Counted from the first letter of the stretch, positions 18,201 through 27,033 are shown. The stretch is DNA of 62,680 nucleotides from an uncultured Lachnospiraceae bacterium (GCA_964489405.1 CAZAYL010000002.1:1-62680); one strand, 5' to 3'. Notes: generated by a model from the letters alone, not told the origin. Numbers and translations are program-made.

Positions 18201-21200
18201 TTCAACTGCTGAATAAATTTTCGAATAATTAATCGTTCCATTTACTACCGATAAGATAGGGACATCGAGTTTTTCAATATTAATTGACTTTGAATATGAA
18301 CTATAGAGATATTCTTGTGTTGCTGATTTATCTACAGAACGCATATACACTGTATACGTCCCTGCACCTTTACCACTTAGATATTTAGCCACATCATATT
18401 CCCCACCGTTTACACCCTTAGTTGAAGTGATTTCAATACTATCTGGCTCCCCAGTTTGTGAAAAAACAATCTCATATCCAGTTGCATTCGCAACATAATC
18501 AAAGTATAAAGTATAGTTTTCAATTCTAATATTGCGCGGTTCAGCAAGAATTTTGGCTTCAAAATTTTTTGCACCATTATGCCCGCCAAACTCGCCATTT
18601 ACGGTATCGGTATTGTTCCCATTTGCTTTGACGCGAACATAATATGATGTGCCCCCACTTAAACCATAGAGTGTGTAACTCGTGTCTGCGATTGACCGCG
18701 CACTCCCAACTATAGTGTTATTTTGGTCAACAATCTCAACATCATACGAATTTGCCCCGGCAACACTATTCCATTTAATTATATTTTTTTCAACACTAAA
18801 TGTAAACACATTTGTAAGTTTTACAACGCTCGTTTCGTTCGAAACCACTTTAGAATCTAGTATATTTGACTTATTCCCACGCGCAATCACGCTAACGGTG
18901 TGATCTCCAGCAGTGCCCGCAACCGTATATGTATTCACATTCCCGCATGTACTGCCAAGTGAGTTGCCGTCCAGAATAACTTCATAATACGTAACGCCGT
19001 CAACCGCATCCCACGTGATAAGTCCATTTTTAACATTTAACTTTATTACCGATGCAAGCCTTTTTGCAGAGATAGCCCCGCTTAGTCTACTTGTAATGTC
19101 ATAGGTGTATTCAGCGTTATCAATATCACTTGTTGCACCAATTGCACGCATTGAAATATCATAGTCGCCCGCATTTGCAAACAATGTCGAATCCGTTAAA
19201 TTTATAAATGCGACATCTGCGCCGTCGACAAACATTGTTTGTTTATTTGTTACCCCACTTGCAACATATTTAATCTCAATGTTGTATCCTGTCGCTCCGC
19301 TTTGTGTATTCCAACTCAAATTTCCATTTTCAATCTTGAGTCCCATATTGCTAGAAAGTTTGTGTAGTTTGATAGGTTCACTAAAGTTTGAGCTGATTGT
19401 GCTTTGTCCGTCGCCGATTGCTTGCAAACTAACCAAATTCACTTCGTCATCTGATAAAAATCTATCAAAGTCCAAATATTCATCATTAACTGATAAATAT
19501 GTCATATTCCCAACGCGTAAGTTGTACCCAAGGTAACTTGCGCCACTTGCCATTGAGTAATATAGGTGCCCCCCATCGACTTTAAAGTCTGTTGGGCACG
19601 AAAGCTTTTCGAATGTTATAGCCTCAGACTTTTCGCCACTGACAGACAAAGTATCTGTGCTAATTGCTTGAATTTTTATACTATAGTTTCCGCTATCATA
19701 CGTGCTCGACGAAAAATCGAAACTAGTACCACTAACACGCACCGGCTCGTTTGAATCATTGACATAAACATCATACAAGATTGCTTCGCCAACCCCTTGC
19801 CACTGAACTTTTCCGCCACTCAAAGTAACCTTAGACACTTCAATAGTACTAATTTTTCTAAATTCAAAAGATTGACTAAACTCCGAATCAACTATTTCCT
19901 TACCATTGCCTACGGCCTTTGTATTTATGATATATTTTTGCGCAGTAAATTTTTGCGTGTCGGTGTCAAAAAGATTTATGTAATTTTGCGTTTGAATAGG
20001 GAGTTCGCGTGTATCATTTAAAAGCACAATATAACCAGTGCTTGATGCAACCGTTTTCCACGTAACATCATCGCCATTGATTGAAAAACTTTTAGGTGCC
20101 TCAAGTTTTGTTACACTCAAAATATCAGAATAATCGCTATTAACAAATCTTGTTTGTTCATTGACTTTTCCACCCGTTGCAATGACTGAAAGTTTGTAAT
20201 TTCCAACATCGACGTATTTTGACGCAAAATCAAAGCGCTCATCGATCAGATCTTCTTCGATAGTTGTCTTATCGCCGTACTCTACCTTTAGTGAATACCC
20301 TGTCGCGTTGCTAACTTCGTCCCAAGTAACAATGCCGTTATTAATTTCGACATTTTGTGGTTTTGACAATTTATCTACAGCAAACTCCATTGAATATGCT
20401 GAATCTAATGTTGTGCGTCCGTCGCCGAGTGCTTGGACATAGATATTGTACCCACCCGCGCGATATGTTTCGCCAAGATTGTACTCCACATATGTTGATG
20501 TCGCATTTACTATTTCAGTCCTTTGTGCGCCTGATGCATTGTCGGTTATCCATATTCTATAGTTTTGCGCTCCGACGACACTTTTAAATGTCAAAATTTT
20601 ATCCTCAACTTGCGACTCAATTGGCGCCTCAAGTTTTGTTATTGTTATGGTGTTGGAAAAATTGGAATTATATGTGTTATTGCTAACATTTCCAAGCGCG
20701 CGAACCTTGAATGCATAAAAGCCAACATCAAGTTCATCTTCAATTAAATATGTTAGTTCTGTATAGCGATTTTTGTGCGTTTCGCCATTCATAATAATTT
20801 CGAACATATTTGCGTTTGAATTTGGAGTAATTGTTATTTTGGCATTTTCAATTGAGATGTTAGGTGCTGACAATTGTGTAAATGTGAAATCCACCGAATT
20901 TTCCGCATCAAGGTATGCTTTATTGTTGCCGAGAGCGCGTATTGAAATCACATTTTGCACGCCAATTTCAAAATCGGTAAAAAACTCCGTAACAAGCGTT
21001 TTTGTATAGGGCTCTCCATTTAAGGTAACTGCGTATCCATAATTGTGATTAACTCTGTCCCACACGACTTTTTCGCCATCAAACTTAATGTTTGTAACCG
21101 TATTGAGTTTCTCTGGGTTTGTAAATACAATAACTTTGACTACCGCGCTTGCACCCCCTGATGTTGCCGTAACTGAAACCTCTGTTTCGCCACTCGCAAC

Positions 21201-21473
21201 CGCGGTTATATTGCCGTTTTTATCAACAACTGCAACTTTTGTATCTGCACTCACAAATACCAAATCAGCATTACTTGCATTGGACGGCGAAAGCGTCAAC
21301 GTCAACTGCTCACTCGCTCCAACAACTAATTCTACTTTTGATTGCGTGATGATGATTTTGTTGATTTGTTTTGAATTATCCTCGCCACACGCGCTAAAAA
21401 GTATTGCAATTGCAAATATGATTGCCACGAGCAACACATTCCTTATTGCGCTGATTTTCTTTAGTTTTGTCAT
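15297..21473 (-). CDS. Giant (2058 aa) surface lipoprotein: Big_2-like domain, at least 14 Fn3-like tandem modules, C-terminal GLUG-motif repeat domain
   Basis: Signal peptide plus lipobox (ILFSAC-GEDN). The signature W-x-x-V-x-x-A-x-x-Y recurs every 85-95 aa (VTWDEVSNATGY, ITWDAVDGVTYY, IKWNSVAGANSY and others). The C-terminus has repeated GGIAG/GGIVG GLUG motifs (nt about 15297-16560). Confidence 0.85.
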   Translation of the reverse strand: MTKLKKISAIRNVLLVAIIFAIAILFSACGEDNSKQINKIIITQSKVELVVGASEQLTLTLSPSNASNADLVFVSADTKVAVVDKNGNITAVASGETEVSVTATSGGASAVVKVIVFTNPEKLNTVTNIKFDGEKVVWDRVNHNYGYAVTLNGEPYTKTLVTEFFTDFEIGVQNVISIRALGNNKAYLDAENSVDFTFTQLSAPNISIENAKITITPNSNANMFEIIMNGETHKNRYTELTYLIEDELDVGFYAFKVRALGNVSNNTYNSNFSNTITITKLEAPIESQVEDKILTFKSVVGAQNYRIWITDNASGAQRTEIVNATSTYVEYNLGETYRAGGYNIYVQALGDGRTTLDSAYSMEFAVDKLSKPQNVEINNGIVTWDEVSNATGYSLKVEYGDKTTIEEDLIDERFDFASKYVDVGNYKLSVIATGGKVNEQTRFVNSDYSDILSVTKLEAPKSFSINGDDVTWKTVASSTGYIVLLNDTRELPIQTQNYINLFDTDTQKFTAQKYIINTKAVGNGKEIVDSEFSQSFEFRKISTIEVSKVTLSGGKVQWQGVGEAILYDVYVNDSNEPVRVSGTSFDFSSSTYDSGNYSIKIQAISTDTLSVSGEKSEAITFEKLSCPTDFKVDGGHLYYSMASGASYLGYNLRVGNMTYLSVNDEYLDFDRFLSDDEVNLVSLQAIGDGQSTISSNFSEPIKLHKLSSNMGLKIENGNLSWNTQSGATGYNIEIKYVASGVTNKQTMFVDGADVAFINLTDSTLFANAGDYDISMRAIGATSDIDNAEYTYDITSRLSGAISAKRLASVIKLNVKNGLITWDAVDGVTYYEVILDGNSLGSTCGNVNTYTVAGTAGDHTVSVIARGNKSNILDSKVVSNETSVVKLTNVFTFSVEKNIIKWNSVAGANSYDVEIVDQNNTIVGSARSIADTSYTLYGLSGGTSYYVRVKANGNNTDTVNGEFGGHNGAKNFEAKILAEPRNIRIENYTLYFDYVANATGYEIVFSQTGEPDSIEITSTKGVNGGEYDVAKYLSGKGAGTYTVYMRSVDKSATQEYLYSSYSKSINIEKLDVPILSVVNGTINYSKIYSAVEYKIEIGKLLSESKPTDYYNSKNVTTFELGENFTAGEYSVSITAMGNGSTIFSSDKSAEFSVEKLKTPIAENGDIQVKDGQLYWKGIDNATLYKIYVYKSDELNGDTLSYETYLQPKSENYYLPTGEMGTYKISISVLGDDTKYINSDVYKYTQKLEKLNAPKDLGVTNGDISWTRNERATSYELILNDDTYIKDVETNTTYSLGDAYSAMGYEVAVRCVGDSIDKLTSDPSDEIWIEKLKQTILYVENGVLNWASNGAQKYHIVIMNDSGVAVKDEDIEENSFEFKEIETGYYFVKVTLLGTEQQVGSGGYLNSASSEEFCAYKMATPENLHINSNFEGATTEEKAHVGRLEWNAVDNALNYSISYTYKTIPNSINVDTNYYRFGNDELWVGQYVFGVFASGDVVTKDIVMDGNTTTKSFSCINSDIAQINGAKLGAPTDLSADYGVFRWTASEGSEELDVKYMFGYYYAEKGQEFDMGTINIEFADSKTFHTLNKLGKYKLLVYAVGENCIQSDTSELADEYLFNLFSSGSGETDDPYIIKGFTDGEGVSAKTYTALEQLTYLNYLYDKAFKLDENVTISSSFAPLGTKDTLSFAKLGDYGFEGVFDGNNHTITFSTGDDTSSAFGGTGEFGLFSSISAGGVVKNFTLEKFTVSGSYYKIGLVTAKNSGSIENVKATSTTNGITSAYSAGGEQTYVGGIAGENTNTGVIANCLSQIRINATNTKTFVYAGGIVGYNSGVIKNCETRVIEGSEKQIQGTYVGGIAGYCVGVAGVIESCKNSASINATPSQGELGSAFARAGGIAGTIEYTSASETGAIMPQVIACYNTGLVNARANGDDSSESGTKVGGIVGLIAGGIIDTCYNVGTTYIYNDNDETFTENTGAIVGWNTNSVNSYINNSYYIEGVGIPNACTMSTQTLDTVKMEITTKEKLQAESGTDGAIIDKLNKANTYFSCVAGNYPKLIWEV

Positions 21474-22008
21474 AACCCCTTTCTCCTTAATTCTGTTTTA
21501 TATATTTATACACTCACTTGCATTGACACAAAATATTGAATGAGTATATGTTCTTATTTATTATAAGCCCATACCCCTATTTTTTTTGTTAAGTATTTTG
21601 CCCAAATAAACGCGTTATTTACCATTTTTGCCGTTTTGAGTATAAAAAAGTTAAATAATGATATATAATAGCATTTTGTTCAAAATTTGCATTGATTTAT
21701 TATTTGTCATATCTTGCTAAAATATTTAATTTAGACCAATTTTTTATAATACAATTCACTTTGCATTATTTTTCTCATATTGTTCGTTGATATAGAAAAA
21801 TTTTCCCCCGTTTTATGCTAAAAACTTTTCCATTTTTTTATATTTTTCACGCAAAGATATAACCTAAGATTAGTATACCAAAAATGAGCAAAAAATCAAA
21901 GCATTTTGCCATTGCATTTCGCCCAACTTTGCGAATATTTTTACCCCAAAAATAGTATTCAGAAAGTAGAGTTATGTCCCACCATTATCAAATAAAACAA
22001 CTTTTTTT

Positions 22009-22470
22009 ATAAGCAAGTATAAGCCCCCACTTTAGGTCATTCAGTGTTGTTGAATGTGGTACAATAAATTAGTACACAAATCATAATGACAAAATGACAA
22101 AAAATAAAACAATATCTTTAAAAGCAATTACAAGTATATACTCTATGTCATTCAAGTTTATTAAGCAAGTATTAGCACCACTATAATACTAGCACCACTA
22201 TAATAAAATAAATCCTTATTATTAAAGCAAGTACAAGTACTCTCTTAGGGTCATTCAGTGTCGTTAAAGTAATATTAGTACCACTACAATGAAATAATTC
22301 CTTATTATTAAAGCAAGTACAAGCACTAACTTTGTGTCATTCAGGTATATCAAGCAAATACTAGTACCACTACAAATATTAGTACTGCTATAATAAAATA
22401 ATTCCTTATTATTAAAATAGTACAAGATTATTAAAATAGTACAAGCACTAACTTAGGGTCATTCAGAGCG
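22009..22470. repeat. Degenerate AT-rich tandem array (about 5 units of 86-122 bp)
   Basis: The core gtcattcag recurs at 22036, 22147, 22250, 22336 and 22458. Units share aataattccttattattaaagcaagtacaagcacta and attagtaccactacaa. Confidence 0.8.
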
Positions 22471-22640
22471 AAAATCAAACCCGCATTGTAGGGTTTGATG
22501 AAGCGTAGGAATCTCGCGAACCGCGTGCCCCGCGTGCGGTATCGCGCCCACAAGCCCGCCTAGCGCTAGCACGATGATAAAATCAATCCTTTTTGTGCGG
22601 TATCGCGCCCCACAGCCCGCCACGCGCTAGCCAAAAATCA
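22471..22640. repeat. G+C-rich repeat module capping the tandem array (other copy at 1-125)
   Basis: Perfect 9-bp hairpin atcaaaccc/gggtttgat (22474-22499). Two 37-bp sub-repeats gtgcggtatcgcgccc(c)aca(a)gcccgcc..gcgctagc follow at 22534-22570 and 22595-22631. Line 22501-22560 has 42 G+C out of 60. Confidence 0.85.
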
Positions 22641-22717
22641 AAAAAACCTTATAAATAAGATTGTTATTTAAATAATCGCATTCATTTTTCATCAAAATAG
22701 CGAAAAATTCTAATTTA

Positions 22718-22753
22718 CAAAAAAAGCTAGCAATTTAATAAAAGTGCTAGCTT
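22718..22753 (-). terminator. greA terminator
   Basis: aagctagca / tgctagctt stem with a T-run on the minus strand. Confidence 0.65.
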
Positions 22754-22763
22754 AATAAAATAA

Positions 22764-23231
22764 TTATCTAGTAATAGAAAGAATTTTGAATTTTACAATA
22801 CCCGACGGGGTGCGAACATCCACGACATCTCCTTCGCTCTTTCCTAGCAAGGCGGATCCAACAGGGGATTCGTTGCTGATGAGTTTGTTCTTAGGGTCAC
22901 TCTCAGAAGAACCAACAATTTTATATTCCAATTCTTCATTAAATTCCACGTCCAAAATTTTAACCATACAACCGATTGAAACTTTTGAAGTATCAATTTC
23001 ATTTTCTTCAATAATTTTTGAAGTACGCAATTTATGCTCAATTTCAGCGATTTCAGTTTCAATAACTGTTTGTTCGTCTTTAGCTGAATCATATTCAGCG
23101 TTTTCGCTCAAATCTCCCATTTCGCGTGCTGCTTGCAATTTTTTAGCAACCTCATTACGTCTATCCGTCTTCAAATAGTTAAGTCTACTTTGTAATGCCT
23201 CAAACCCCTCTTTAGTTAAATAACTTTCCAT
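22764..23231 (-). CDS. greA: Transcription elongation factor GreA
   Basis: Start MESYLTKEGFEALQ at 23231 with a GGAGG SD. 155 aa with a typical GreA coiled-coil and C-terminal SPVGSALLGK motif. Confidence 0.92.
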   Translation of the reverse strand: MESYLTKEGFEALQSRLNYLKTDRRNEVAKKLQAAREMGDLSENAEYDSAKDEQTVIETEIAEIEHKLRTSKIIEENEIDTSKVSIGCMVKILDVEFNEELEYKIVGSSESDPKNKLISNESPVGSALLGKSEGDVVDVRTPSGIVKFKILSITR

Positions 23232-23563
23232 AATAACCTCCAAGTAAAACAAAAAGTGCCATTGGCACTCGTGCAAGCATATCAACTTGCTATTGTTGAT
23301 ATATTATATACAATTTTACCGCTTTTGTCAAGTAATTAAATATAATACACGCCACACTTTCAGCATATTGATTCACAATTTAATTTTCACATCATTAAAA
23401 TAGAAATTAAATAAGAAATTTTTGCCATATTTATATGCAAGAATAACAAGTTTCATTATATTGCATTATTCTTTTTAAATATTGTTAGAGTGATATATAG
23501 CTTGAATTTATATAAAATATAGTTAATTGCTTAATTATATTTTTAGTTAATTATTTAACTTAT

Positions 23564-23572
23564 TTATCCACA
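23564..23572 (+). promoter_or_regulatory. Isolated perfect DnaA box (TTATCCACA)
   Basis: Exact 9-mer match within the ORF-free AT-rich region. Confidence 0.4.
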
Positions 23573-24397
23573 TTGTATACACAAAAGTTGATAAATAAAA
23601 AACTATATTACACTACCAAAATGAAATGCAACTAAAAAAATAATTTAGATAAATTATTAAAATGCATTCGATTACGGCGTAATATGTACATTTTAAATTT
23701 ATTGATTTTTAATATATAGTTATTTTGTAGTAAAAAATATTATAGAAAAAACAACCAGTAGATTTTCAAAAAAAGCGCACAACTACAAATAAAAACAAAT
23801 TAAATAACTATATAAGTAAACAATTGTAAATTTATCAACATTTTATTTTTAATCTAGAATAAAAACGGTATTTATTTTCAATTAAAAATCGAATCAATAA
23901 TACATCAATTAAAAATATTTAAAACTATACTTTACGCAAGTCTATAATTAAATAATAGAAAAATTTTACACAATATACAATAAATAATAAACTTAATACT
24001 TTTTGACATCTCACGCAATATAATATTACAATAATATAACTATTTTTACAATACTATGCATTGTTAAAATTATTTGCAAAATTAAACATTTGCGCAAATC
24101 TATTTTATGGCAGTGCGATATAAATATTTTTCATCGCCTTATGATATAAAATATATCAACCTTTTTATTATTTATATTTATGACACACATTTTATAGTGT
24201 CGCACAATTTTAAATATGTAATAAGTGTGAATATTATACTCCACATATTTTTACGTTACATAGGATATGTTATATAGTATATATTATACGGTTTGTCTTA
24301 TAAAATATAAAATATATTATATAATATATATATAGTATATATTGCAATATATGCTATATACACCAAAATCAATATAAGAAATCTAATAAAAACAAAT

Positions 24398-24413
24398 TGT
24401 TTCACGTGAAACA
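24398..24413. promoter_or_regulatory. parS site 1 (TGTTTCACGTGAAACA)
   Basis: Perfect 16-bp palindrome matching the Firmicute parS consensus tGTTnCACGTGAAACa. The palindrome extends to 26 bp (24393-24418). Confidence 0.85.
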
Positions 24414-24476
24414 ATTTGCCAATTAAAGTTAAAGATTATTTAAATATTAAAATTAAAGACTATGCCCACTCGCTAA

Positions 24477-24492
24477 TGTTTCACGTGAAACA
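24477..24492. promoter_or_regulatory. parS site 2
   Basis: Identical 16-mer TGTTTCACGTGAAACA; the palindrome extends to 22 bp. Confidence 0.85.
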
Positions 24493-24651
24493 TTAACGGA
24501 ATTGTTTTTTTAAAGTGAATTACATTTTATTATATATTAAATAAAAATATTAGTGAATTATATTTTAATATTTTTAGATATATAAATCTATATTTTAAAT
24601 ATTGATTAATGATTAAGACGTTTTGCCACTAGAGTTATAAAAATGCAAAAA

Positions 24652-24667
24652 TGTTTCACGTGAAACA
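24652..24667. promoter_or_regulatory. parS site 3
   Basis: Identical 16-mer; the palindrome extends to 26 bp (aaaaatgtttcacgtgaaacattttt). Confidence 0.85.
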
Positions 24668-24853
24668 TTTTTACATAATATAAATAAGCAATATAATAGC
24701 CATATCAAAAAATACAATACTAGAAAATAGTTTAAATAAATCAAATGATTATCACAAAGTAAATTATTTGCTTAAACGCGCTAAATTACAATAAATATCG
24801 CTTTACTTTGCAAAGAACAAAAAACAAAAAATCTTGGCAAGTATATAAATAAA

Positions 24854-24869
24854 TGTTTCACGTGAAACA
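24854..24869. promoter_or_regulatory. parS site 4
   Basis: Identical 16-mer; the palindrome extends to 28 bp. It lies 51 bp downstream of the parB stop. Confidence 0.85.
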
Positions 24870-24919
24870 TTTATTAAAAAATAGCGCTACATTATTATTT
24901 GTAGCACTATTAAATATAT

Positions 24920-25840
24920 TTACTTTAATCTATTTTTTAAGTAATCAATTAAATCACAAATTCTATTAAGGTCGTCTTTGTTGAAATAATCAATATATAT
25001 GCGCCCTTTATGGTCACTTCCAAGAATTGAGACTTTTGTAGCAAACACTCTTTGCATATCACTAACCATTTCTTTGAGCTCTAAAGATTGTTCGCGTTCT
25101 AGCTTGCGTTTCTTGATAGGTGGATTTAGGGTATCTTTAACTGCTTTTTCAAGGTCGCGGACTGACATTTTACCTTCACTTGCGCGTAATGCAAGTGAAT
25201 ATTGAATAGTTGGATCGTTTATAGCAACTAATGTGCGCGCGTGTCCTGCGGAAAGTTTATTTTCTTCAACTAATTTTAATGTTTCTTTAGATAATGAGAG
25301 TAATCGTAATGTATTTGCAATTGCGGAACGACTCTTTCCAATTCTGTCTGCAATCTCATCTTGCGTCATATTGTATTCAAGCATAACATCTTTAAGTGCG
25401 CGCGCTGTTTCGATTGGGTTTAAGTCTTCTCTTTGTAGGTTTTCAATTAGGGCAATTTCTTTAATTTGTCTTTCTGTGTAATTTTTTACAATAGCAGGTA
25501 TTGTTTTTAAGCCTGCCATTTGACTTGCTCTAAATCGACGTTCGCCCGCAATTATAACATAATTGCTATCAACGTTTTTAGCTAATACAATTGGCTGAAT
25601 AACCCCGTGGATTTTAATTGAATCACGTAGTTCTTCTAATGCTCCTTGGTCAAAGATTTTGCGAGGTTGATTTGGATTTTGTTGGATTTTATCTAATTCT
25701 ATCTCCAAAACACCCGCGTCGTTTTGTTTAATATTGTTCTTTGACTCATATTTTTTTATTTGTTCCTCTTGCTTGTTGTCATCTTCATTGTAAACTGAAA
25801 ATAATGCATCAAGTCCTTTTCCTAACCCTTTTTTAATCAT
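24920..25840 (-). CDS. parB: Chromosome partitioning protein ParB/Spo0J
   Basis: 306 aa with the ParB box IAGERRFRA, NPNQPRK, ALIENLQREDLNPIE and an HTH. Confidence 0.92.
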   Translation of the reverse strand: MIKKGLGKGLDALFSVYNEDDNKQEEQIKKYESKNNIKQNDAGVLEIELDKIQQNPNQPRKIFDQGALEELRDSIKIHGVIQPIVLAKNVDSNYVIIAGERRFRASQMAGLKTIPAIVKNYTERQIKEIALIENLQREDLNPIETARALKDVMLEYNMTQDEIADRIGKSRSAIANTLRLLSLSKETLKLVEENKLSAGHARTLVAINDPTIQYSLALRASEGKMSVRDLEKAVKDTLNPPIKKRKLEREQSLELKEMVSDMQRVFATKVSILGSDHKGRIYIDYFNKDDLNRICDLIDYLKNRLK

Positions 25841-26613
25841 TATACTCTCCTTTTGTTTTTCTTTAAAAATTCATCAGCCATTGCACGATAAGCGAGTGCC
25901 CCCGCACATTTGCTATCATATAAATAAACTGGTATTCCGTGACTTGGCGCTTCCGCAAGTCTAATATTACGCGGAATGGTTGTATCAAAAACTTTTTTCC
26001 CAAAATATTGTCTAATTTGTTCCGAAACTTGTTGTACAAGGTTTGAACGATTGTCTTTCATTGTCATAACAACTCCTTCAATTTCAAGTTCGGGGTTTAA
26101 ATGTTTTTTGACAAGTTTAACAGTATTCATCAATTGGCTTAAACCCTCCAAAGCGTAAAATTCGCATTGGATAGGTATCAAAACCGTATCAGACGCGGAA
26201 AGTGCATTTATTGTCAACAAGCCAAGTGATGGTGGACAATCAATCATAATAAAATCGTATTCATCTTTTATTTCCGACAAACTTTCTTTTAGAACTTTCT
26301 CTCGATTATTAACTGCTACTAATTCTATTTCAGCTCCCGCCAAATCGACTGTCGCTGGTAAAATTGAAAGGTTTTTAACCATCGTTTCAGTAATAGCTTC
26401 TCTAATGGGGCATTCACCATCTAAAACGCTATATATAGTCTTTAAATTCGACCCTTTTTCAACGCCAAGGCCACTCGACGCATTGCCCTGTGGGTCCATA
26501 TCAATAAGCAAAGTCTTTTTACCTAATGTAGCAATGAACGCAGATAAATTGACGCAAGTCGTTGTTTTGCCAACCCCCCCCTTTTGATTTACAAATGAAA
26601 TAATCTTTCCCAT
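25840..26613 (-). CDS. parA: Chromosome partitioning ATPase ParA/Soj
   Basis: Deviant Walker A NQKGGVGKTTT. The second ATG (26613) is preferred because AAGGAG lies 6 nt upstream of it. The stop overlaps the parB start. Confidence 0.9.
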   Translation of the reverse strand: MGKIISFVNQKGGVGKTTTCVNLSAFIATLGKKTLLIDMDPQGNASSGLGVEKGSNLKTIYSVLDGECPIREAITETMVKNLSILPATVDLAGAEIELVAVNNREKVLKESLSEIKDEYDFIMIDCPPSLGLLTINALSASDTVLIPIQCEFYALEGLSQLMNTVKLVKKHLNPELEIEGVVMTMKDNRSNLVQQVSEQIRQYFGKKVFDTTIPRNIRLAEAPSHGIPVYLYDSKCAGALAYRAMADEFLKKNKRRV

Positions 26614-26996
26614 ACTCATCTCCTTAAGTTATTTTTATATATTATAACACCTTTTTCAAAAAAAAACACTACTTTAAAGCAAAAAAAAAATATTTGAATT
26701 ATTTTTTTTTGCTATTAAATATATAAATTAGTGAATCTATATATAAATTGTGCATTCTTTAATTTATATAATCCAATCAATAAACAAAAACAATAATTTT
26801 GCTTAAATATTTAGTTAAGTATTAAACTATTATTGCAAATATATAATTTTATAGGTTAAAAACCTTAAAAAAGTGGGGGTATTTTTAAATTTTATGTATT
26901 TATTGATAACTTATTCAACCTATATAGATTTTTTTGAAATTTACCCCCACTTTTAAAGGGGTATTTTTAACAAAAATCACTTTCCTTGTTTACTTA

Positions 26997-27021
26997 ATAA
27001 AAAAAACGGCTCACGCCGTCG
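26997..27021 (-). terminator. mnmG terminator
   Basis: Minus strand gacggc-gtga-gccgtt followed by a T-run. Confidence 0.7.
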
Positions 27022-27033
27022 ACACAAAATAAA

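Noticed and set aside
21088-21543. 151-aa ORF overlapping the 5' end of the giant lipoprotein gene on the other strand. Similar antisense ORFs occur at 15738-16136, 13209-13667, 51755-52183 and 12535-12837.
   Set aside because: All are embedded antisense in longer ORFs that have clear motifs, SDs and signal peptides. None has an SD or a recognisable motif.
22009-22470. Possible CRISPR array, because of regularly recurring short sequences.
   Set aside because: The intervening segments are themselves repeated (attagtaccactacaa and others). Unit length varies from 86 to 122 bp, the repeats are degenerate, and there are no cas genes. This is a tandem repeat, not repeat-spacer architecture.
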